Below the pieces are notes generated by a model. It was not told the DNA's origin. It ran no database searches and saw only the letters and a list, made by a program, of their open reading frames with translations. DNA of 61,161 nt, filler included, from Basidiobolus ranarum (taxonomy: Eukaryota), in assembly GCA_040143965.1 (NCBI GenBank). It is 11 parts of 11 records of this genome, joined end to end, with 100 filler letters (N's around TTAATTAATTAA, not from the genome) between each part and the next. Parts side by side here need not be neighbours in the genome. Positions count along the whole stretch, not along the records: positions 11,164 to 16,642 come from JASJQH010001584.1; positions 16,743 to 22,217 come from JASJQH010001585.1; positions 22,318 to 27,790 come from JASJQH010001586.1; 8 more parts are not named here. One strand, given 5' to 3'. This document shows positions 11,848-22,499 of this stretch, in pieces (position 1 is the stretch's first letter; each line of letters opens with the position of its first letter). The position numbers and the translations under genes were made by a program.

Positions 11848-13062
11848 AGTAATCTTCACTAGTGTGGATGTAAATTTATTTAGATGTCAAGCGTAATTGA
11901 TGCAATGTAAATTATCAAGTAGTTAATGATTCTCCCAACGCATGTATGGATTTGGGTAGAAGAATATTATCTAGTCGGGTTTTAATAATAAACATCACTT
12001 CATTATTATACAAAGGTTACTCAAACCCAATGATATTTCTTTAGTTTACGCCTAAAAGCGGCATCGGCAATGGTCAAGTATTCCATACCCGGCTTAAATA
12101 TACTCACCGCTCCTAGGGCTTATTATGTATCTTCTGGCGTAAAATTCAAGCTAAGAATAGGCTGAGCTCACCTTGGTACCAGATATACCCACTAAACGAC
12201 GATAGCTAATTTGGCTTCCAAATAACCAAACACTCTCAACATACAATGGAGTAGCATTTATCCTAGACCTAGAACTCCTTGTATGTGGTAATGATGAAGT
12301 AAGGTGGTTTTCTAGGTAGATATCTGACATAGATGCTAAGAGGGAAGCCTAGATAGGTAGCTACCATATTTAGACAAGCATCCAGATTCCATTTTAGCCA
12401 CAGAGGCTGAATCCCGATGAAGTCCAAGGGCCACTAATTAGTCCTATGTGTGTCCAATTCCGTTTTAGAATTATCATTTTGGCAGTGTTTTCCTCGGATG
12501 GTTGAGGGATCGTACATCATAATAGGTTTGCGCTTATTTATATCTTTTTCGTTACAATACAGTCAATGTATGGTAGACAAGGCTCGATTCCTGATTATGA
12601 TTAAAATGGTGATCTTTATTTCCAAATTGGTGTACCTCTCCATGTGCGTCCAATTTGTCCACAAGATATCCTATATTTTGGTTTTAGTACAGTGACAAGT
12701 ACAGTGATTGGAGCCACCCCGATATGAGTCTGAAATTACTAATCAGAGAATGGAGATGATATTTGACCTTCGATTGCTTAATTTGGAACCTTGTGGATTG
12801 TAAAGCAGTGCAAATCGACGTGAATGAATTAGAGTTGTAGTGAGTGTAAGCGATAGGAAATGAAGAGTTAAGGGGTAAGGATGCAGTATCAGGATATCCT
12901 CAAATTAGACTCTTTAGCCGAGATAATTCAGTTCGTATGATTTAACACCTGCAATTAAACATTCCGATCTGCATCTTGCTTATGAATCAGAGGTTAAAAT
13001 AAGAAACGATTCTCTAGTAAAAGTTGTCAAAAAATAAGCGTCTACACTTCGAAGGTGGTAAC

Positions 13063-13356
13063 TGTTGAAATTAGCATAGCCTAAACATCTATATAGTCAT
13101 ACATAGCTTAGTATTTAGTTATTCCATACTGAGCTAAGATATCACGAACTATTCGAAATTAGAATTTACTTAGAACATTTTGAGAGCTTGTCCTAGAGGC
13201 CCTGAACTTTCCTGGGACCTTCCTTAACACATTCTACAAGTTTGTTTGTTTGCCAAATTATAAATGTCAACCTCCACTCAATAAATCATCAAGTGCAAAC
13301 CACCAATTCTTCTAGTTCTCCAAATCACTTCCAACAACTCCCAAAATACTTCAACA
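13063..13356 (+). mobile_element. Copia family A solo LTR
   Basis: TGTTGAAATTAGCA...TTCAACA is homologous to 5927-6265. No PPT or PBS adjacent. Flanks GTAAC/GTTGC may be a degenerate 5-bp TSD. Confidence 0.85.
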
Positions 13357-16045
13357 GTTGCAGCCTTAGGTCATATTTCGAACACCAATTTTAAACTATA
13401 CTAATAACTTGTTTGGACAGATCAAACTGAGTGACACACCTGAGAATTCCTATTTATGTTTACTCCCTGTTATATACATTTTCTAAGTTAACTTTGTAAC
13501 TTTGCATCCTGTTATTTTATGCTGATATCCAGTGATGTAATTACCCTAAACTTTCAGAAATATCGTCAACTTTCCTTTGCATGAGTAAAGCAAGATCACT
13601 AAACCTGTCATTCTGCCTAAGACTATATCTCATAATTTATCGAAGTCAGTCACTATTTAGCGCCATACAATAATTATGTATTAATAAGAAGTTACAAATT
13701 TACAATTTTTTTGCAATAAATCGAACTGACCTTAAATATTAAAGTTATCCAAATCATTCTTGGAGTGTAATAGTCACATAGTTTATAGATGGACTTGGGA
13801 ATTACTTTGAGACGAAAATGCACAATACCTCATTAATATTGATCCTCTACAATAAACAAATTCGAACTCCCCGGGAGAATGGTATGTACTGCTTATGTTT
13901 ACAATAGCACGGCAGCCAATCGAGGCCCTTATATCACTGGTGCGGCATGTAGATGGATATACACCAAGGTACATCCATTTCGGTACATAGTCTAGAGTTT
14001 GCAGAGAATACCCATCTATTATATATGGAGTAGAATGAAGTATGACCTGTTGCAAGTAGAGGGCAATTCCATACAGGCGTAGTAGACTGAACAGAGCTTA
14101 GAGCAATGACGAATGGAGTAGTCACTGTTACTGAGTGTTTTAACCACTCAATATTCTTTCGTATAGAATTAGAGTGCGTATATCTTTATAGACACCTTAG
14201 AATACCTGCTGCACATAGAACAGTCAAAAAGCTTGTTATCGACAATTATTAAATACCGAATTTGAAGAATCGCGTGTTCACAGCTTCAACTATATATATA
14301 TTTTCTATCCGGCGTATCTAGATCCTTTTCAACAGGTAGTAAATGACTGGGGAGGGAGAAAATACATGACTTTGTATTCTTCACTACAATTATTTTAGAT
14401 TATTGCAAACCTCTGATTCAACAGTTGCTGAACAAATCTAGTTCCTAACATTCATCTAATGAATATGTTAAGTCATGCAAAACTACGCCCAGGATTATCT
14501 TCAACCAAGCAAGCCATTTCAGTATTTCTAGTCACAAATCCCCACTTTCAAACGATCATTATCGAATCGAAAACAGAAGCCAACGGCTATGTGCGAGCTA
14601 GAGAGAATATCCATTGTTCTAGATAGACTTCAGAGCGGGTGGTAAAATGGATTTGGACATATCTTGAGTATTTGCCACCTATCGTATGAATATTATCTTC
14701 AAATACTAATATTGTATCATTTACTGGTTAACTGTGAGTTACCATTCAACATGGAAGTATTAGATAAGGCATCCCTATGAGAGTTTGTCCCACCTCGTAG
14801 CGACATCAATCTATCTTAGGGGCATGTTTGGAGATGGAAACTGAGACTTAAAGCATGGGTGGCGCCTGACTAGTTCCCACGGAGAGGCTAGTACATACCT
14901 AATGAAGCGCTTACTAACGTGAATAAACCAGATGAAAAGGTAAAACATGCGTAGCTTATCAATATTTCGAACTTTCAACTACTATGGCTTCTCATGGTAG
15001 CACCATGCTTTAGCAAACAGAGATCAGATGTTGGTGTAGAGTCCAGGTTTGGATGAAACGTTCCCGGCTATAGTTTATAGTAGTTTCCAAGCAATACTTA
15101 CCCATTCGACGGATAATTTGAATGAGTTTTCTGATTCCAATGCTTCTAGACTGCTTAATATATCTAGTAGACCAAGTATAGGAAGATACTTACATTATAA
15201 AGTGGAGAAGCTATATCACTCATGTTATCTTCGCCTCATTAGTAGCTCATCCATTTATCACCTCGTCAGACCCAGGTCGAGGCATCAGGTTATATATACT
15301 GATCAGATAAAAACATCCTGTTGAGCCGAAATTCTCTCAGGAATCATCCGAAGCTTAAGATGACATCGCACCACAAACACCTTGTTATTATCTCTTAGAG
15401 TCATCCACTTTTGTTTAAGCATTCAAAACCATCTAGAATGAAGTCATATGCACTGAAACCATATCCTACGTACTAGTCCCACAGTAATCTGAATATAAAT
15501 GATTCAAGAATGAGCTCATAAAAGCATTCTACAGAGCGCCCACTTTCTACCGCCATGTGCTGCGCTCTAATGATTTCGAACTAAACTGGAAGCTGTTTAT
15601 ATAGAGTATTTCAAATCATCTCAGCAAAGGCCGAGTAGAAGCCAGGTTAGTTGATCCTAGAGTATTCACTCACTCACCTAATATGACGAAGAGGGCACTC
15701 CAGAGCGTTTCACTCCATGATATCTTTGCTTGGTATGAAGAATGAAGAAGATCACGAGAGAACCACTACAGAATCACACGGACAATGTGTAAAGTTCATA
15801 TGATGATGGTAACACAGATCTACGACACATGAGGGATATTTATCTCGGTTAAATTCAGATCTCAATTTAAACCTTATCGAGCCTGTATAGTTTCTGGTAG
15901 AATACATGGAATCAATATGATTGAAAAAATGAAGGAAGATGAGTGATAAATCATTTAACCGTTTCGTTAGTATGTAGGACAGGTCATTTTGATAGGTTTT
16001 CTAGTTGGGATCGAATTGGTTTTCTCCCAGATGTGCGCCCTTGAG

Positions 16046-16642
16046 AATGGCATCTCAAGTTCAGCCGACAACACCGCGAAAAAGAAACAACTTCAAGAGT
16101 TTACTATTGACAATGGTAGTTCGTGAAACAACCAACCTTGGCTTCAAAGTCGGTTTCAAATCTCTCCACCTTCCATCCGCTAAATATGATGATTCATATT
16201 AACTCTATCTATATAAATCAATAACATAGGCAGCTTGAAGGCTGGCTCAAGAGGTTCTACTCTCTTGGAGGATTTCCAATTATGTGAAATGCATTTCAAT
16301 AGGTTCGCAATCTACTAACTTCTCCCACATGTAATATGATACTATGGAAACTCAGATCACGAACGTATCCCTGAACATGTAGTTCATGCTCGTGGTGTAG
16401 GGGCCCATGGATATTTCCAGTCATAAGACTACTTAAAGATCACAGCTGCCAGGTTTATACGCCATCCAGATGTCGAAACTCCAGTAATTAAGAATCTCGA
16501 CAGTGCTAGGCTCTCGTGGATCTGCCGAAACTGTGAGAAGCGTTCGTGGATTTACTACACGCTTTTATACTCAGGAAGGATTATTCGATATTGGAAAATA
16601 TTACTATTTAGTTGATATATCTAAGCGCTACATTACTAATGC
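16046..16642 (+). pseudogene. Large-subunit (clade 2, KatE-like) catalase pseudogene, 5' part
   Basis: Fragments TTNLGFKV, LKAGSRGSTLLEDF, DHERIPEHVVHARGVGAHGYF and [28 protein letters not shown]. In-frame TAA at 16424-16426 and a frameshift near 16490. Confidence 0.85.
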
Positions 16643-16742
16643 NNNNNNNNNNNNNNNNNNNNNNNNNNNNNNNNNNNNNNNNNNNNTTAATTAATTAANN
16701 NNNNNNNNNNNNNNNNNNNNNNNNNNNNNNNNNNNNNNNNNN

Positions 16743-18250
16743 CTATAATTCCTAGCTACTTAAGTACTATGACATTTGTATCAGCAACAACCTAACCTCC
16801 ATCCTAAAAAAGAACCTTAGCTATATCTGAAACACTTGAGTGGAGATCTGCCATAGAACAGATTATTCCCTTGCAATCCTAACTTCTGTAGCTTTTGAGC
16901 CAGCAACAGCAAGGAATTGCTAATGCTAACCAGAACCTACCAGGACCAACCACGTTAAAAGGTACAAACAAGATCAGTGTTGACCAGTACCTGGATAAAG
17001 TCAATGAAAATCTTGGAAATTTGAGCTTTCAGCTAGAAGAATCCTTTGACACCTGAGGAGTTTGAGATGCAAGCTAGCTACAATGTGCAACCTCATATCT
17101 GACCAATGCAGAGAACTACCCCCAATCATTACTTGGGAGCAGCTTATCAAAGAGATTCAAGTAGCTTTTGACCCACTGCATCAGCAGCAACTGCTTAGGC
17201 AAAAACTAACCTGGTTCATACAAGTATAAGCTGTGCCGCAATATATCTATCAGTTCAGAAGCAAGATAAGCCAGGTCAACAGTATGCATCAGCTAGACCA
17301 AGTGCAACACTTGATCAACAGATTGAAAGGAACGAATAAGATGGAAGTAAGCTATCTTGCCCCAAGTACCTTAGAACAGGCAATCAAGATTAAAATCAAT
17401 TATGACACAGCCAGGTATGATGAAGAAAACCATATGCTATGGAGAATAGATAACACTAATGTAACCCCAGGAGACTAATGGAAGAAGCTCCCATGGAGAT
17501 TGATGCCATCTACAGAGAGCTTGCTACTGAAGAATGCAAGCAAAGATGATTGTGCTTGACATGGCATTAGAAATGATGTTAGACTAGATGTTGTCCAGAT
17601 AGAAAGCTAAATGAAAGCAAGAAGAGCTTTAACATTTTTGCAACTACACAAGAGTCAGACTACAATCAGGAAGAAAAAGTGGAAGCTACTTTGCAACAAA
17701 CTACTGAATAACTATGCAATGTGAATGAGAACTCAGGAAGACTACTATAACTCAGCAGAGTTATAAATGGAACTACTGGCAGAATCATGCTGGGCTCTGG
17801 AGCATCACATGAGTATATGCCATCTCAGTTTGCCATCAGAGCAGGAATCTCTGCCAAGCCTACTCCAACAATCAGAGTTTCTGCCACTTAAGCAACAGCA
17901 CACTCTATATATCATATTACAAGTCCCTTGCAGATCAATACAGGAGACTACCAGGATGAGACATAAGCTTACTTGTTTGAGGGCTTTAAGTTTGACTTAG
18001 TATTGGAAAGACTGGGCTACTTCAGCAGAATCCAAACATTGACTGGAGCACCCATGCAATTACCCCTAACTAAAATGAAATCAATTTGATTTGGATTAGA
18101 TCCACCTTTGTGGATCACAATACTATCAGAGGACCATAATATTATTAGTGACTTGCATTCTGCCAATGATTTTGGTGGTGAGATGGCATTTTCTTAATGG
18201 AATTTTGATGGAAATCATGAGTGGTAGAATATTGATCCTGATATTAGCCA
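16743..18250 (+). mobile_element. Degenerate Ty3/gypsy element (gag and protease), family C
   Basis: Retrotransposon-gag-like WEQLIKEIQVAFDPLHQQQLLRQKL and PMEID, then a protease-like region. Many stops. Boundaries approximate. Confidence 0.7.
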
Positions 18251-18299
18251 TGTGCTACTTAACTTCCAACAACATTTGCAAACTACTAATTTTTGAATG

Positions 18300-21230
18300 G
18301 TAAATTTCTGGATTTACTACTATAGGAATTTGAATCAATATTCATGCCTTTATTTAGATTTTTTAGGCTGTGTATTCCAGCCACAATGAAAATCAAAAAA
18401 TACAAGAATCTTGTGTTGTTCAGTCTCTGCATATGCACATATTTGACTGATCAGACATAGCTGAACAACATCAATGTGCGTGACCAGCAATCCAGCAGTG
18501 GAAGAGTTGCTAAAACTCTGAAATTTTGAATAGCAGTGTCACTTGGCAAATAGCTAACTCCATTTACATTTCACAATTAGAAGAAGCTTTGGGATTTTGG
18601 CAAATATCCATTAAGCATTCAGCCAAAATATTGCCAACTTGCAGTCAACAAATATCCTGCCCAAAGAAGATATGGCATTGCTTCAACAGATTACCCCATG
18701 GCTTAAACAAAATTGTTGCCTATCACAATCTATCTGACCAAGATGTCTGTCTTGCTGCTTTCCTAGAAATACTGTCCATCTGTTGCACATACATATTAGT
18801 CCAAATTATTTCTGTACTTACTCTGTGTCCATGGATTGGGTTTTGTTACTGTTATTATGCTCAAATAATACCAAAACCCATGAGCACATTGAAAAGTAAG
18901 CAATGACTGGAGTCTCTTCAACCCATTGCATTACATCCATCACTGATTTTGCTGATACATTGTTAATCAGAATAGCATATAGTAAAGCCTGTTGATTTCA
19001 CATGGAGCATCATTTCCCCACAGGTGTGCTCCATTGGGAACTCCCAGAATGTATAGCAAGGCCTTATAATCTCTAAGTCTTGTGAAAGATGTAGCAGGGA
19101 ATATATTGAATACTGGCATAGACTTAGTCTATTTTCTAAATATGTTTCATAAACTTTTTTATACTCAATTATAAAATCTTTGAACAGTTACTTTACCTGC
19201 CTGAGATCTGCCAATGTTAGTTGATGCCATAGGATAGTATTAGCAATATCTACAAGTAACTCCCAATGTTGCAAATACTTATCAGGCAGAAATGTTTTCA
19301 AGATTCCACTTGAATATCTATAAATCCAATACTTCCTGTCTTTGCATTTGAATAAAAGCCCAGATGAGTGGATATTGCTAGGGGTCCTGGTAAAATATGA
19401 TGGTATCTTGATATATTCAAGTATTTTAGCAATTGCTCCAAGCGTTGATTCTATCTTGAGTAGTGCATTCAGAGTGAATGATTCACTGTATAGCTGAGTA
19501 AATAGTATTAGAATGTTGTTGAATAGTAGGTGCATAGTACCACATGGGAGGCTCTGGCCCTAGCTGACCCCCTTTAGCAATATAATATTAGGCTTACTGC
19601 TAGTCCCAAGTTTGAAGTTAGACTGACTATTTGGTGAATGGCTATTAGCAAGCATGCTGATGTCCGACAAGACTCTTGATGGTAAAATTGTAGAACTTAG
19701 TACTGTATTTGTATAGTGGTAATATGTAAGCCTGGCAGAGTAAACACTATTGATTTGACAAAATCTACAGCCAGATAGTACCTTGTGCCTATGCAAACCT
19801 CATAGTTTACTGATGGCAGGAGTGTCACCAATACATACAGTGATATTAGCTTTGAAGAAACATTAACTCATCAGAACCCCATCAGATAATCATTCAGATT
19901 TTGCAATCAAAGGCTCCAAGAAGCTATCTATAAGCACTGGTGATTTAGGTCCAGACAAGATGGATGGTATCACAATATTATGACTCTTGTACCATTCAGA
20001 AGCAGGAAGATTTAAGTTAATTAAAATAATTGGCCAGCAAGCCATTCAAATGGTATATTTGTTTAGTGAGAAAGCATCCAGAGCAATGTAAATGCATGAT
20101 CATATGTGTTGTGAAAGGAAACTTGACTTTTTAAATTCTCATAACAATATCCATCAAGTATTTTGGTTATACAATTAGCTTTATGGTGAGTACTTTGGTA
20201 ATGCAACAATGATCTATATTTAGGTGATTTCAGCAAAATTTGAAGATGCGGAATCAACAGTATGTAGGCCAAATATGAATAATATTTACCCAATTCAGTG
20301 ATTGCCAATGGCGTGCAAACAGTATGTAACCATAAGGTTTTTCAGATCACTGGTGAAAGCCAAATAACCATTTAGATGTGAAGGTAGATTACTTACTAAA
20401 GGATTATAATTTATACAAATAACAAGAGTTTTCCACTTGTGTCATGGCTGTGGAAGCAACAGTTGCGAATCAACTATGTAAAGGTGTAAGAAAACCAACA
20501 AACTTCTGGTTGCCAAGATTGGATTGAACTCCCCACTCCTCAATATTCCAAGCAGCTTCCTTTACGTTTAGTGTGATTAGTGGACTAATGCTTGCTAGTA
20601 ACAAAGAGTCCATAACACACCCATTGTCTTCTTCTTCATCTTCTGATATACTACCATCAGTAATAGATTAACCAAGGTTAGCATCTAGCAACATGTCTTG
20701 AAAGTTGTCTGGACATGTTGGATTAACCAAAGTTGCATTTCTAACTGCATCATTTGGGTCATATAACTGAGATAACTCCACTATATCTTGACTTTCAGCC
20801 ATGTTACCAAAACTCTGAGGTTAAGCAAAGCCAGTATACTCTGTGGACAAAACTAAAGTTGATTTTGCACACTTATTACTATTGATCCTCATCAAGCTTT
20901 GTGCCACTGGTTGTTTTCTATAGTGACCATGCTTTTGATTATTACTTCAATGAGCCTCTGGCTTACATATCACAATAATTTGTGGCAATAATAGCAGGGC
21001 ATCTTGTATTGTCTGTGTTGTGGCATGAAAAGGATATTGTTGGAAAAAGAATACTGCCTATGTGCAGGTGGTATTTTAGGTATGTCCCATCAATATTGTC
21101 AGCTGATTCTGGGCCAGTTTCACAGGTGAATCATCAGGGGATTTACAAGATATTTCCGGTAATGGATGGGAATTTTGGTTTATTATTTGCTGTTTCTAAG
21201 CAATTTCATTATGCCAAGTTTACCATCTGA
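18300..21230 (-). mobile_element. Degenerate CACTA/En-Spm (Tnp2-like) transposase
   Basis: WPIILINLNLP..W....IVIPSILSGPKSP, GDTPAISKL, GCRFC, CGTMHLLFNNI, FKCKDRKYW..YS...L...LPDKYLQHW, and LLHL...PCYTFWEFPMEH. Multiple stops and frameshifts. No TIRs located, so boundaries are approximate. Confidence 0.75.
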
Positions 21231-21409
21231 AAATTTTAATGCTATTCAAAAGCATTCAAACTCTAAATCAATATTAGCTTCCAAGCAAAGGCCTGTGGGC
21301 AAAAAAAAGCTAGAGGATTAAACTGGCTGGAACAGAGGACTTTATTGGTGAGCAGCCCAGCAATCCACTATCCAGTTTGGATGGCAACAACATGCCGGAA
21401 ACTGTGGCT

Positions 21410-22217
21410 GACCCAGTGACCTTGACTCATTCTATCCATTAGGCAGTTGAATGTGAGAACTGGTTATTTGAAAGACAACAACAAAGAAATATTGCTCCTT
21501 TCTCATCTACTCTCAGACCTCCCTTGCATCAAACACAAAATACAGCTCAAGCAGATGATCTAATGTAAATAGATGGAACTCAATGAAGAAAGCTTAACCC
21601 TGAGGAGAAATATTGACACCAATAAGAGAATCTATGCCTTGCCTGTGGAGCTTGTGGACATGTAGCAAGCACCTGTCCAAAAAAGAATCCTGGATTTAAG
21701 ATCAACAATATGCAAGTAGAATAAAACTCTTCCCAACCATTTGAAAACTTCAACGCTAAGCTTCAATGATGGGCATGCAGTTGGCAAACTATCTTCAAAA
21801 TTGTATCTTCACCATACATTGCAATCACTGCAGTCATACCAATCTTTAAAGATGCCCCATACACTCCTGCTAACAAATTCCAAGTTTATTAAAGCAACAG
21901 CACTTCTTGATTCAGGTGCTTCCTCCTGTTTTATTAACTCTGCCTTTATCAAATTCCACTCTATCCCAACAATCAAGAAATCTAGTCCAGTCCTTGTAGA
22001 AATAATCAATGGAAGGCTGCTATCATCAGGTGCTGTAAAACATGAGACAATCTTTATGACACTCATGTCCACTGCTCATCAAGAAGAAATAGCCTTTAAT
22101 ATCATTTCTTCACCTCACCACCCAGTCATCCTTGGTATCTCATGGCTCATGCAGCACAACCCAGTAATCAATTGGAAGAAGAAGATTATGATGTTCAAGC
22201 AAACTCCACCTCCTAGT
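21410..22217 (+). mobile_element. Ty3/gypsy family D fragment (gag zinc knuckle and protease)
   Basis: CLACGACGHVASTCP knuckle, ALLDSGASSCF protease and VILGISWL. Homologous to 40740-41520 on the minus strand. Confidence 0.85.
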
Positions 22218-22499
22218 NNNNNNNNNNNNNNNNNNNNNNNNNNNNNNNNNNNNNNNNNNNNTTAATTAATTAANNNNNNNNNNNNNNNNNNNNNNNNNNN
22301 NNNNNNNNNNNNNNNNNAGAATAATTAATCACATACAACTTCATATCCAAAGTTCAATGATCATGTAGTATATTCAATTCATATTAACTTTATGCTATAT
22401 TATAGGACTGATTTGAAGGGAATGTGACATTTTTTCGGTAATCTTTTACAATGAATATTCTTTGTTGGATATCTTTATGTTCTGATGCTTTTTCTAGAA

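Noticed and set aside
13783-15330. Short ORFs and GTAAGTA donor-like sites on the minus strand
   Set aside because: Possibly a decayed gene, but I could not assemble a coherent frame or recognise a family.
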